Shown in pieces: positions 18,156 through 27,005 of a stretch of 50,705 nucleotides of DNA. The number at the start of each line of letters is the position of its first letter. The stretch's first letter is position 1. The notes under the pieces were generated by a model. It worked only from the letters and a program-made list of their open reading frames with translations. It was not told the DNA's origin and made no database searches. Source of the stretch: a virus. Its lineage: Duplodnaviria; Caudoviricetes. The stretch lies in IMG/VR virus record IMGVR_UViG_3300017785_002213, positions 1 to 50,705 of that record; one strand, given 5' to 3'. The position numbers were made by a program, and so were the translations under genes.

Positions 18156-20513
18156 TTATTTGTAATAAAGTCCACCTTCAAAAGAAAGTTTCACATTTGA
18201 AGACTGTGGAGAACCAGAAGTATTGTTTGTTGTAAATTGTAATTCGGTAGTAGTTACACTAATTACTGGTGTAGAAAAATTTCCGCTGCCACCACTTATA
18301 AGTGCTGTGCCTCCAGTAAATGTTGTTCCATCGTATTGAATATCATATACACAAAATCTTCTTGATCCAGAAGCATTTATTAAAAATACAAGTTTTCCAT
18401 TAAATCTAATTGGCAAATCAATTATTTTATATGAATTTGTTCCAGTTGCAATTGTGTATGATTTATACAATTCAAATCCTGCAGATGCTGCTCCTTCAAC
18501 ATTTTGATAATCATATTCTTTAGTGCATTTTACAAAATAATTTTTTCCTATTAATCCTCCATTGTAAATATATATTCCTACAGGACATTCTCTAATTGTA
18601 TTTCCAGAAATATTTGCATTTCCAAAATTGGCTTGTATTCCTACATCGCAATTTGAAATCAAATTACTATTAATGATATATTTCTCTGGTTCTTCTGCTG
18701 AATAAATTCCTATTTCCCAATTATCAATAACATTTCCGGTAATTATAATATCATTTATTGCTGGGTTTGGTGTTCCTTCCCAAATAAGATCAATTCCCCT
18801 ATTTGTGATATTTTTAACTTTTGTTCCAGTTTGAACAATCGTATTATTGCTTATAATAAACTTTTTGGGGTTCAACCATGTGCCACCAACATTATTATCA
18901 AGAATTTGAATAGCAATATCGGTTGTTGCAAATGTATTTCCATCAATTATAACTTCTTCAGCACCTTCTTCAAAATGCAATCCTTGACCAGTTCCTGTGA
19001 ATGTATTGTTTGCCCAGACGAATCTTCCGCTCGAAGGACCGCCAGCCAAACCTCCAAAATGAATAAAAGCACTTGGCCCTAATGTATGGGCAAGGCTATT
19101 TCTTATTTCATTATTGATAACTCTAACATTGTCCCAATCTCCATTTGGTGTGTTAAAATTTAGCTGTGACGAAAAAAAGTTTTCAAATATATTACTATTA
19201 AATTCCCAGTTTTTGTTAATGGCTATTGACGCATTTGTTTTTACAATTCCAAATGCTGATCTTGTAAATTTTGAATTAGAAATATACACATCGCTGCAAT
19301 TTGCATTAATCATAAATATATGATTGGGCGCGTTTCTAACCCCTGCAATTTCTTGAGTATCTAAATATGCTACAATATTGTCGATTGTGTAATTATTTCC
19401 AGCATTAAACGCAAATAATCCAATTCCTCCAGCAGATGTTGATGGAGTTGTCCATGTTAATTTCAAATCTCTGATTGTTACATCACCTTGATTTAGGTTA
19501 AAAATATTAAAGAAAGAAACTGTGTTTGCTGTTTCAAACTTAATTTCAGCCCCCATTCCAAAAAGCGTAGATTTTGCTGTTGGCGTTAATGCGTTTGTGG
19601 ATACCACAACAAATTTATATGTTCCTTTAGGAAAGAAGACATTTTTATTTGTTGCGATGGCATCAAGGATTGCAGTTCTGCTATCTGTAACTCCAGTTGG
19701 ATCAGCACCAAAGTCCAATACATTTGCTACATCCGCCATCCGTGTAACAAGGTTCCTATCCGTAGTTGTTCCCGTGGCCGTGAAGTTGGTTGTCTCATTA
19801 AAGCCATTTAACGCTGTTCCGCTAAAAGACAATCCATTGCCAAGCGTTAATTGCTCAACATCCCCGGTTCCAGCAGTTGCCCTGCCAAGCAGTCTAGGAG
19901 AACTAATGTTCTGCATCTTGGCAAATGTTACGGCATCGTTGGCAATTGTTGTCGTTGTTCCACCCGATGATTTTGTTACATCACCTGTAAATGCGCTTGT
20001 CTGAATTCCTCCTGACCCAGTAAATTCAACGCCTCCACCAACCGTCAATTCTTCGATATTTCCAGCGCCAGCGGAATCACGTCCAAGCAAACGATCTGTT
20101 GCTGAAACATTTTGGATTTTTGCATAAGTGACAGCATCATCATCAATCGTCCAAACCGTTCCAACTCCAGATACCGTAATGTCTCCTTTGTCTCCATCGC
20201 CAACCGCCACATTTGCGTTTTGCCATGATGTGCCATTCCACACAAACATTGCGTTGCTTACAGTATTGTAGTAGAGCATTCCCTCTTGGAGGGGATCGCC
20301 ATTATTGTCTGTAGTTGGAGCGACTGAGTAAGGCCCAAGATAAATGCCTGCAATTGCCGCGCTTTCCGCTGCTGCTGCCGCGCTCGTCGCTGCGTTTGTA
20401 GCGTTGGTAAAAGATGAAGCGCAGTTCGCTTGAGCGCAAGCGGCGGCTTCACGCGCCTTGTTAACGATCAGCATTCCATCTTGATTGGACGAAGAATTAT
20501 TGCAGCAACTCAT
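18156..20513 (-). CDS. Second tailspike (beta-helix), paralogous N-terminus to the 1-1065 gene
   Basis: MSCCN..., YLGPYSVAPTTDNNGDPLQEGMLYYN, RNLVTRMADVANVLDFGADPTG, Asn/Ile-rich beta-helix repeats, AT-rich. Confidence 0.85.
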   Translation of the reverse strand: MSCCNNSSSNQDGMLIVNKAREAAACAQANCASSFTNATNAATSAAAAAESAAIAGIYLGPYSVAPTTDNNGDPLQEGMLYYNTVSNAMFVWNGTSWQNANVAVGDGDKGDITVSGVGTVWTIDDDAVTYAKIQNVSATDRLLGRDSAGAGNIEELTVGGGVEFTGSGGIQTSAFTGDVTKSSGGTTTTIANDAVTFAKMQNISSPRLLGRATAGTGDVEQLTLGNGLSFSGTALNGFNETTNFTATGTTTDRNLVTRMADVANVLDFGADPTGVTDSRTAILDAIATNKNVFFPKGTYKFVVVSTNALTPTAKSTLFGMGAEIKFETANTVSFFNIFNLNQGDVTIRDLKLTWTTPSTSAGGIGLFAFNAGNNYTIDNIVAYLDTQEIAGVRNAPNHIFMINANCSDVYISNSKFTRSAFGIVKTNASIAINKNWEFNSNIFENFFSSQLNFNTPNGDWDNVRVINNEIRNSLAHTLGPSAFIHFGGLAGGPSSGRFVWANNTFTGTGQGLHFEEGAEEVIIDGNTFATTDIAIQILDNNVGGTWLNPKKFIISNNTIVQTGTKVKNITNRGIDLIWEGTPNPAINDIIITGNVIDNWEIGIYSAEEPEKYIINSNLISNCDVGIQANFGNANISGNTIRECPVGIYIYNGGLIGKNYFVKCTKEYDYQNVEGAASAGFELYKSYTIATGTNSYKIIDLPIRFNGKLVFLINASGSRRFCVYDIQYDGTTFTGGTALISGGSGNFSTPVISVTTTELQFTTNNTSGSPQSSNVKLSFEGGLYYK

Positions 20514-20525
20514 ATTGCCGCAAAA

Positions 20526-20551
20526 GTCATCTGATATTTTTCAGATGTCAA
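20526..20551 (-). promoter_or_regulatory. Possible promoter with operator-like inverted repeat upstream of the tailspike
   Basis: TTGACA at 20551-20546 and CATCTGA-N6-TCAGATG inverted repeat; weak -10. Confidence 0.4.
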
Positions 20552-20556
20552 GAGGA

Positions 20557-20572
20557 TTATCGTTAACGATAA
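20557..20572. repeat. Dispersed palindrome (perfect)
   Basis: Intergenic, 5 bp upstream of a TTGACA. Confidence 0.95.
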
Positions 20573-20573
20573 A

Positions 20574-20789
20574 CTATTCTAGCACACCTTGCAACTCCAT
20601 CAAGTTCGCTAGGTCTTCGCTGATCGTAATCCTGCAAATCTTGTCTCCGCCGAAAACCGTCCCCAACATCTCGATCTTCTCTAGGTCTGTCTTCTTGATC
20701 CAGCAGTCCACCCAGTCTTGGCGGAAGCGAATCTTCTGTGGGTTTTCGTCAATGAATGTGCCTTCGCACACGATAAGTGATTTGAACAT
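20574..20789 (-). CDS. Hypothetical protein
   Basis: ORF in the operon with the HNH and HTH genes. Confidence 0.6.
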   Translation of the reverse strand: MFKSLIVCEGTFIDENPQKIRFRQDWVDCWIKKTDLEKIEMLGTVFGGDKICRITISEDLANLMELQGVLE

Positions 20790-20790
20790 A

Positions 20791-21108
20791 TTATTTGAAC
20801 TGGTAAACTAGGTAGCCTTTTTCTTTTGCCCATTTGACATTTTGGTGCAGGTAGGTGTGACATTGGCGACAAACAGCCAAGAAAGTGCGCTTCTCGCAGG
20901 TGTTTTTTCCTCGCCCACTTTTGTGGTGGATGTCGGTTGCTTCTCCACCGCAGATTTCACATCTGTATTCTTTTTCTTCAAGATATTCTCTCCTTACCCT
21001 ACTGTATTCAATGCTTCGCTTTTTGAGTCTGGCTGAAACGGGGTTGAGCTTTCCTCCTCTTTTCTTGAATCCGCTTTTAGCTTTGAGTGGAGTTTTGCGT
21101 CTGAGCAT
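20791..21108 (-). CDS. Small HNH-type endonuclease
   Basis: CEIC...DIHH...N...VCRQCH. Confidence 0.7.
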   Translation of the reverse strand: MLRRKTPLKAKSGFKKRGGKLNPVSARLKKRSIEYSRVRREYLEEKEYRCEICGGEATDIHHKSGRGKNTCEKRTFLAVCRQCHTYLHQNVKWAKEKGYLVYQFK

Positions 21109-21347
21109 AGAGCTATTATTTTCTCGATGTGTTGCTTCTTCAGTATTGATTTAGAGGATGTCTCGATCTGGTTGATCAAGCTACCAGTCACCCCGATCTT
21201 GTCTCCCAAATCACGGACAGACAAGCCAAGCCCATTACGGCAGTCGCGCAGATATACGCCGAACATTTTTCGTGCATTCGACTTGATACTTCTGCTATGT
21301 TCCATAGCGGAAAGATAACTGTTATAGGCGACTTCTAACGGGTGCAT
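20994..21347 (-). CDS. XRE-family HTH regulator
   Basis: LRDCRNGLGLSVRDLGDKIGVTGSLINQIE. Confidence 0.75.
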   Translation of the reverse strand: MHPLEVAYNSYLSAMEHSRSIKSNARKMFGVYLRDCRNGLGLSVRDLGDKIGVTGSLINQIETSSKSILKKQHIEKIIALCSDAKLHSKLKADSRKEEESSTPFQPDSKSEALNTVG

Positions 21348-21355
21348 TTCTAGTA

Positions 21356-21400
21356 AGTCTAAACAATCTTATTGACAGGTCAATCTTTTTTTCATACCAT
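21356..21400. promoter_or_regulatory. Overlapping divergent sigma70 promoters sharing a TTGACAGGTCAA dyad
   Basis: + strand TTGACA-N17-TACCAT-N8-ATG(21409); - strand TTGACC-N16-TAGACT-N8-ATG(21347). Confidence 0.65.
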
Positions 21401-21408
21401 CCGCAAAA

Positions 21409-21804
21409 ATGGACAATCACAAGGACAACATCGACTTGGACATGAAGGCATTTCAGTTTATGGACTTCGCTCGCAAGTCTGTTCTGATTACGAATATGTC
21501 TCTCGCTGAAGCTATGGGCGAAGGTATCTTTTCTACTCTAGAAACCTTTAGTGGGAATGGAGGATACCTAGTCCTCGGAGTGCGCCCCAACTCTACCGCT
21601 AGGGCCGCGACCTACTCTGGCAAAAGAATCCTCTGGTCTGAACTCGCCTTAATCAAAGACGAAGACCTAGAACTCCATCACAAACTCCACGCTGTAGATT
21701 GCCCAGATGAACATATCTCTGATCTGGCTTGGACTGACCTAGTTGATCAAGTAGAGGAGTGGGTGAAGTGCGAGCGTGAGGAGATTGACCTAGATTATCG
21801 TTAA
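21409..21804 (+). CDS. Hypothetical acidic protein
   Basis: ORF directly behind a promoter. Confidence 0.65.
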   Translation: MDNHKDNIDLDMKAFQFMDFARKSVLITNMSLAEAMGEGIFSTLETFSGNGGYLVLGVRPNSTARAATYSGKRILWSELALIKDEDLELHHKLHAVDCPDEHISDLAWTDLVDQVEEWVKCEREEIDLDYR

Positions 21805-21810
21805 CGATAA
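21795..21810. repeat. Dispersed palindrome (perfect)
   Basis: Overlaps a stop codon; 9 bp upstream of TTGACC. Confidence 0.95.
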
Positions 21811-21819
21811 AAATAATTC

Positions 21820-21849
21820 TTGACCTGTCACGATCAGTAGTGATAGGGT
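21820..21849 (+). promoter_or_regulatory. Promoter of the replication operon
   Basis: TTGACC-N18-TAGGGT. Confidence 0.5.
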
Positions 21850-21853
21850 TAGC

Positions 21854-21992
21854 GCGTCTGAGAAATCAGACCGTCTGCGTGAAGAACAGACGCAAAAGAA
21901 AGATTAAATCAGAACAATAAATATATCGCCTCCTCTCTCCGTTATTCTTCACCCGACATTCTATCGGTCTTTCTACGGGGAGAGGGGCGGCC
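21854..21992 (+). ncRNA. Structured leader with loop-loop complementarity
   Basis: Hairpins GTCTGA-GAAA-TCAGAC and CGTCTG-CGTGAAGAA-CAGACG; long stem 21927-21942/21975-21989 enclosing TTCTTCAC and TTTCT. Confidence 0.55.
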
Positions 21993-22000
21993 CTCTTAAA

Positions 22001-22780
22001 ATGAATCAAGAATTAATTGATAGGTCATTGGCCTATGTTGAAGCATTGCGATCTTTCCCCATATCTGTCGGTATGGAGTTCGACCACGAAACATTGGTTG
22101 CTTTATCAACACGATTACCAAAAAACAAAGATATTCGCGCATTGTTCCCGATATTGGATGGATTGCCTTTAGATTTCGATTGCGAAATCCAATGTGATAG
22201 ATGCAGCACCCTAAAAAAAACTACTCTGCGCAAAACCCAACTGATTGCATACATGGAATGTTTACGACGCATCCATGAAGGCAAACACAGTATTAACTGC
22301 CAAACTGTTGCTACATGCAACGAATGCAAAGAGGCCGAGATTAATAAAGCAAAACAAAAACAAGAAAATCAACGCATTAATTTTCTGGCTAATTACGGAA
22401 AAGAAAGAGAAGAAAATACAAATTCATTAATTGAATATTTTCTAATGGTTGATGGAATGCCTAAAGATGGATCAGATTGGAAAAGTATTGGAATACAAAT
22501 GAACAGACTTATAATGATGTGCGATGTAAATATGCTTGCGGAAGCTATTTGTGAACTTGAATATGGAGAATTTTTAAGAACACCATATTGGAAGGTTGTT
22601 GCTTATGAGGTAAAGAAAAAACACAAGTTCCGTTGTGTTATGTGCGATAGCAACCATCGACTTCAAGTGCATCACAAGAATTACACAATGCATGGATACG
22701 AACATACTCAAGAAGGCATGCGCTCCCTAACCTGCGTTTGTGACAATTGCCACGCTAAACATCACGGTCATTATGAGTAA
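22001..22780 (+). CDS. Zn-finger / HNH endonuclease domain protein
   Basis: C-terminal YGEFLRTPYW...CVMC...LQVHH...CDNCHAKHH; additional CxxC pairs. Confidence 0.7.
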   Translation: MNQELIDRSLAYVEALRSFPISVGMEFDHETLVALSTRLPKNKDIRALFPILDGLPLDFDCEIQCDRCSTLKKTTLRKTQLIAYMECLRRIHEGKHSINCQTVATCNECKEAEINKAKQKQENQRINFLANYGKEREENTNSLIEYFLMVDGMPKDGSDWKSIGIQMNRLIMMCDVNMLAEAICELEYGEFLRTPYWKVVAYEVKKKHKFRCVMCDSNHRLQVHHKNYTMHGYEHTQEGMRSLTCVCDNCHAKHHGHYE

Positions 22781-23579
22781 GAATATCTATCGTCAAAAAA
22801 GGAAGTCGAACTATACGATTGTCCCGAATGAAATGTTGAATAACAAAAATCTCTCTTGGAAAGCCAAGGGTATGCTGACATACTTGTTGTCATTGCCTGA
22901 TAAATGGGAGGTTTATGCCGCGCATCTTCGCACGGTATCTGTGGATGGCAATGATTCCACGGTATCTGGATTACATGAATTGATGCAGTTTAAGTATGTA
23001 TGGCGCAAACCTCGCAGCGGAAACGAACCGGGAGGTTGGGAGTATTTGGTGTTTGACGAACCTCAATTAGACGATCCTTTCCGAGACGGGAATTCCCCGA
23101 GTCGGGAAAATCCCGAGGCGGGAAAACCAGCATCTAATAAAGAAACAGAAGAAGAAGTAAGTAAACAAAACAAAGAAACCCCTATAGTCCCCAATGGGGA
23201 CACAGGTTTGCTTTTCGATACCGAACCAAGTTCAGTTCCGAGTTCACCAAAGATTGCCAATCGTTCAGCAATGGCTTCACGATCTAAAGCAATCCCCGAG
23301 AACTTGGCAGTTTTCCAGACCAGAGCCAACCGCCTACTCGGTCGCCGTGATTCTACCAAATGGGCGACAAACGAAATTAAGGCGGCTACAAACTGGCTGG
23401 ATACCACCGAAGAGGAATGGAAGCTACTGGAGGACTTCTACGCCAATCGCGGTAAGGAAGGATACTACTGCCGCACAAATATGATCACCCTCCTCAACAA
23501 CTGGTCGAGTGAGATAGACAAGGCTCGATCCAAACAAACTAAACACGAAGAAGAAAGCTGGAAACCAACAACCATCTAA
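22773..23579 (+). CDS. Replication initiator (HTH, lambda O / replisome-organiser-like)
   Basis: NYTIVPNEMLNNKNLSWKAKGMLTYLLSLPDKW; internal iterons; directly upstream of DnaB. Confidence 0.75.
   Translation: MSKNIYRQKRKSNYTIVPNEMLNNKNLSWKAKGMLTYLLSLPDKWEVYAAHLRTVSVDGNDSTVSGLHELMQFKYVWRKPRSGNEPGGWEYLVFDEPQLDDPFRDGNSPSRENPEAGKPASNKETEEEVSKQNKETPIVPNGDTGLLFDTEPSSVPSSPKIANRSAMASRSKAIPENLAVFQTRANRLLGRRDSTKWATNEIKAATNWLDTTEEEWKLLEDFYANRGKEGYYCRTNMITLLNNWSSEIDKARSKQTKHEEESWKPTTI
23081..23180. repeat. Putative replication origin: three 16-bp iterons plus A-rich tract
   Basis: CCGAGACGGGAATTCC / CCGAGTCGGGAAAATC / CCGAGGCGGGAAAACC in tandem, followed by an A-rich run. Confidence 0.65.
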
Positions 23580-23582
23580 CAC

Positions 23583-24857
23583 ATGAAACCAAAACTAGTC
23601 CGTAAATTGGAAGAACTCCCACCTGAGAAATCAGTCCCAATCCGTAGCAATACCGAACAAGCTGCCTTGTCTCTGATGATTCAAGACAACGAAATACTTT
23701 CGACCCAGAAGTGGGAAGCCTCGTATTTCGCTTTAGAGACTCATAGATTGATTTTTGAAGCACTCCAAGGGTTCCATAGCCGAAATGGTATCTGCGACGA
23801 ATTTACGCTCATTTCAGAACTAGAGAACAGAGGAACACTTTCTCACATCGGAGGAGATCATGTAATCCATGACATCCTTAAATGTATGAATATCCCATCT
23901 GGTAAAGTCTGCCAAGACATCGCCAATGATTACAGGAAGGAACTGCGTGAGGCTAAAATCTACCGCGATCTGATTCAGAAATGGGAAGCGATGGAGATGG
24001 ACATTCGCCGAGGAAATGCAGATGTGAACGATTTATCGTTAACGATAGAATCTATTTCCCACGATGGGTCTGCTCCGAAACGAACCAAGAAGGATATGCT
24101 CAACCAGATCATTGACGAGATGGAAGGTAAGAGTAAGCAGGAATGTTTCGGGACTGGACTACTCAAACTAGATAGAACTCTGAAAGGTGGAATGCACCGA
24201 GGAGAACTAATGACAGTTGCCGCTGAGACTGGTGGTGGAAAATCCATCCTCCTAGTCCAATCCGCTGTAGCAAATCTACTTGATGGAAAATCAGTTCTCT
24301 TCTTCTCGCTAGAGATGTCTGGAGAAGATGTCTTTAGGCGCATGGCAGCAAACATGGCCGGGGTTCCAATCCGCGAGATGGAAGACTACAAGTCAGAATA
24401 TGGAAGAGAACTGCCTAAGGTTTCCAATACCATCGGAGAACTTCTCAAGATGAATATTTCTGTAGTCGATTGCCTCTATGATATTGATGAGATCGAGGCT
24501 GAAATATCCAGAGCAGTATCAAGCAAGGAGGCCGATGTGATTATTGTTGATTACCTTCAGATCATCAATATGCCAAACAACGATAACAGAGAGAACGCAA
24601 TTTCCGAGGCAGCTAGAAGGCTGAAGAACGCAGCAGGGAAGAACAGGTCAGTTATTCTGACTGCTTCACAACTCAATGATGAGGGAAAATTGCGCGAATC
24701 TAGGGCAATTGGTATGCATTCTGATCAAGTTGTGCATATCGAACACCTTAAAGAAAGAAGCAGAATAGTAGTGAAAAAGAACCGCCGAGGCCCAAGAAAC
24801 TACCTAATCGACATAAAAATGAACGGAGAACTATCTAAACTGGAGGAAGTTTGGTGA
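23583..24857 (+). CDS. dnaB: Replicative DnaB-like helicase
   Basis: AAETGGGKS, FFSLEMS, IIVDYLQ, SQLN..LRESRAI, KNRRG. Confidence 0.9.
   Translation: MKPKLVRKLEELPPEKSVPIRSNTEQAALSLMIQDNEILSTQKWEASYFALETHRLIFEALQGFHSRNGICDEFTLISELENRGTLSHIGGDHVIHDILKCMNIPSGKVCQDIANDYRKELREAKIYRDLIQKWEAMEMDIRRGNADVNDLSLTIESISHDGSAPKRTKKDMLNQIIDEMEGKSKQECFGTGLLKLDRTLKGGMHRGELMTVAAETGGGKSILLVQSAVANLLDGKSVLFFSLEMSGEDVFRRMAANMAGVPIREMEDYKSEYGRELPKVSNTIGELLKMNISVVDCLYDIDEIEAEISRAVSSKEADVIIVDYLQIINMPNNDNRENAISEAARRLKNAAGKNRSVILTASQLNDEGKLRESRAIGMHSDQVVHIEHLKERSRIVVKKNRRGPRNYLIDIKMNGELSKLEEVW
24033..24048. repeat. Dispersed palindrome TTATCGTTAACGATAG
   Basis: 1 mismatch; inside dnaB (LSLTI). Confidence 0.9.
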
Positions 24858-25048
24858 CAACTGACCAAGCATTTACTAAAGCATATCGTTTGCTGGATAA
24901 GGCAAGTCGTATATGGAGAACATCGGACATTGTAAAGTATGATGAAGCGGAGAAGGCATACCAAGAAGCAGTAAGAATCAGAGACGAATACTTCCCTGAC
25001 AAGAAAGTATTGACAGAAGATTCTTCTATGGTTGAATCACATCAATGA
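24854..25048 (+). CDS. Hypothetical protein
   Basis: GTGA overlap with the dnaB stop. Confidence 0.55.
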   Translation: MTTDQAFTKAYRLLDKASRIWRTSDIVKYDEAEKAYQEAVRIRDEYFPDKKVLTEDSSMVESHQ

Positions 25049-25377
25049 ACTCCAGAGCTAAAGGAGCAGTCGGCGAAAGAGAATGGCGTGATCAACTTCG
25101 TAATGAAGGATTCACCGCCCGTAGAGGTCAGCAATTTGCGGGAGGGCCAGATTCCCCAGATGTGATCTGTGAGGAATTGTCTGGACTCCACATGGAGGTA
25201 AAGCGAGTGCAGAACCTCAATCTTGACAAAGCCTGCGAACAAGCAGAAAGAGACTCTCGCGGTAAACCATGGATAGTCGCTTCAAGAAAAAATAATAAAC
25301 CGTGGAAAGTTACAATGTCATCAGAAACATTTTTTAAATTGTTACGCGAAGGAATTGATGGTTTTAATTCAAAATGA
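25045..25377 (+). CDS. Holliday-junction-resolvase-like PD-(D/E)XK nuclease
   Basis: [11 protein letters not shown]...SPDV...HMEVKR. Confidence 0.75.
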   Translation: MNSRAKGAVGEREWRDQLRNEGFTARRGQQFAGGPDSPDVICEELSGLHMEVKRVQNLNLDKACEQAERDSRGKPWIVASRKNNKPWKVTMSSETFFKLLREGIDGFNSK

Positions 25378-25838
25378 TTAACAAAACATTTAATAGATTC
25401 TTATCGAAAGTAGACAAAAATGGGACTGTTCCAACTCATGTAGATAACCTTGACCAATGCTGGAATTGGATTGGTGCTAAAAATACAAGAGGATATGGTA
25501 ATTTTAAATTCAACAGCAAAACTGAAAAAGCACATAGGGTTTCCTATATTTTTTCTTTTGGGAAAATACCAAATAATATGTGCATTCTTCATAAATGCGA
25601 TAATCCGTCTTGCGTAAATCCAGATCATTTATTTATTGGAACTCAAGCAGAAAATAACGCAGATAAAGCAAGAAAAAAAAGAAGCATAAATGCTCAATCC
25701 AAAAAAACTCATTGCCCTAAAGGCCATCCATATCACGGAGAGAATTTATATATCAACCCAATTACAAATGGTAGGGGTTGTAAAAAATGTAGAATAATGC
25801 AGGCATATGCCTCAAGAGATAGAAATAAAAAGAAATGA
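25374..25838 (+). CDS. HNH homing endonuclease
   Basis: CWNWIG...GYG...AHRVSY...[14 protein letters not shown]...N..D; C-terminal THCPKGH; AT-rich. Confidence 0.85.
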   Translation: MINKTFNRFLSKVDKNGTVPTHVDNLDQCWNWIGAKNTRGYGNFKFNSKTEKAHRVSYIFSFGKIPNNMCILHKCDNPSCVNPDHLFIGTQAENNADKARKKRSINAQSKKTHCPKGHPYHGENLYINPITNGRGCKKCRIMQAYASRDRNKKK

Positions 25839-26023
25839 AAAAACCAACTACTAAAGCAGGTAAAGCCGCGAAGGTGGCTTCCGTAATGCGCGAATACAAG
25901 GCTGGCAAACTCAAAGCTGGCATCAACCCTAAAGGCCCAAAGAAGGCTCCTATGGCTAAAAGCCGTTCCCAAGCATTGGCTATTGCACTCCGTTCTGCTG
26001 GAATTAAAAAGAAAGGCAAGTAA
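25835..26023 (+). CDS. Small basic protein (DUF6496-like)
   Basis: [17 protein letters not shown]...[10 protein letters not shown]. Confidence 0.65.
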   Translation: MKKPTTKAGKAAKVASVMREYKAGKLKAGINPKGPKKAPMAKSRSQALAIALRSAGIKKKGK

Positions 26024-26024
26024 T

Positions 26025-26171
26025 ATGAAGGCTGGTCTTTACAAAAATATTCACGAAAAGAGAAAACGCATCGCAGCGGGTAGCGGTGAGAAGATGAGGA
26101 AGCCGGGAAGCAAAGGCGCACCGACTGCCAAAGCATTCAAACAATCAGCAAAAACAGCAAAGAAGAAGTAA
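26025..26171 (+). CDS. Small basic phage protein
   Basis: MKAGLYKNIHEKRKRIAAGSGEKMRKPGSKGAPTAKAF. Confidence 0.65.
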   Translation: MKAGLYKNIHEKRKRIAAGSGEKMRKPGSKGAPTAKAFKQSAKTAKKK

Positions 26172-26395
26172 TGGACAAGAAGTTTTCCAAAACGGTAGTA
26201 AACCCAAAGACTGGGCGCAAGAAGACTGTTAAGTATGGTCAGAAAGGCGCAACGATCTCTCCGGGGACGAAGCGTGGCGATTCCTACTGCGCCCGTTCTG
26301 CCAAGATCAAAGGAGATTGGAAGTCTAACCCCAATTCTCCAAACAACCTTTCACGCCGCAAATGGCGTTGCAAGGGCAGTAAGTCGATGAAATGA
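26171..26395 (+). CDS. Small basic phage protein
   Basis: KTVKYGQKG...SYCARS...SRRKWRC. Confidence 0.65.
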   Translation: MDKKFSKTVVNPKTGRKKTVKYGQKGATISPGTKRGDSYCARSAKIKGDWKSNPNSPNNLSRRKWRCKGSKSMK

Positions 26396-26937
26396 TCTTC
26401 TCCAAGATCGCGCCTTTACCTACGCATAGATATGTCTTGGTGGATTCCGACTTCACACACAAAACTCCGTGTGGACTTGTTGAAGGAATGTGGGTCGGAG
26501 TTACCAGCATCCCCGGCAGAGCGTGGGGAATCAATGTCATACTTCGGGATGGTGGGGCTTTATATCGTAATCTGCCTCCTCATAGCATTGGATTTAATTC
26601 TGAAGACTTTGGGTGGACTATTCAGCAAGCTCAACTTTGGGACTGCTACTCCTACCACTTCACAATCGTCCAAAGCCCGATCCTGCGAGGTCTGCGGATG
26701 CGGACTAAAGTCAGAGGAGAAGTCCTAACTGGAGAATACCTATTCCATGTCACCCATGTAGATGATGGGTGGTCAGACTCCCCAGACCAAGATAAAGAGT
26801 TTTACTTTATCAAACTAGATAATGGCAGGCTAACTATCCAGCCGACGAATAGAATCACATTTATAGATTCTAGTTTTATCGTTAACGATAATATTCCAGA
26901 GTTAAAGTTGAGCGAAACTATTTACTCCTGCGAATAG
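26392..26937 (+). CDS. Hypothetical protein
   Basis: 181-aa ORF with ATGA coupling. Confidence 0.7.
   Translation: MIFSKIAPLPTHRYVLVDSDFTHKTPCGLVEGMWVGVTSIPGRAWGINVILRDGGALYRNLPPHSIGFNSEDFGWTIQQAQLWDCYSYHFTIVQSPILRGLRMRTKVRGEVLTGEYLFHVTHVDDGWSDSPDQDKEFYFIKLDNGRLTIQPTNRITFIDSSFIVNDNIPELKLSETIYSCE
26876..26891. repeat. Dispersed palindrome (perfect)
   Basis: Inside a CDS (FIVNDN). Confidence 0.95.
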
Positions 26938-27005
26938 AAATATCTTGACACTATGCCAAGATGTAGTAGTGTTGATGGAACCTATAACAATAGGTGAAAC
27001 AAACC

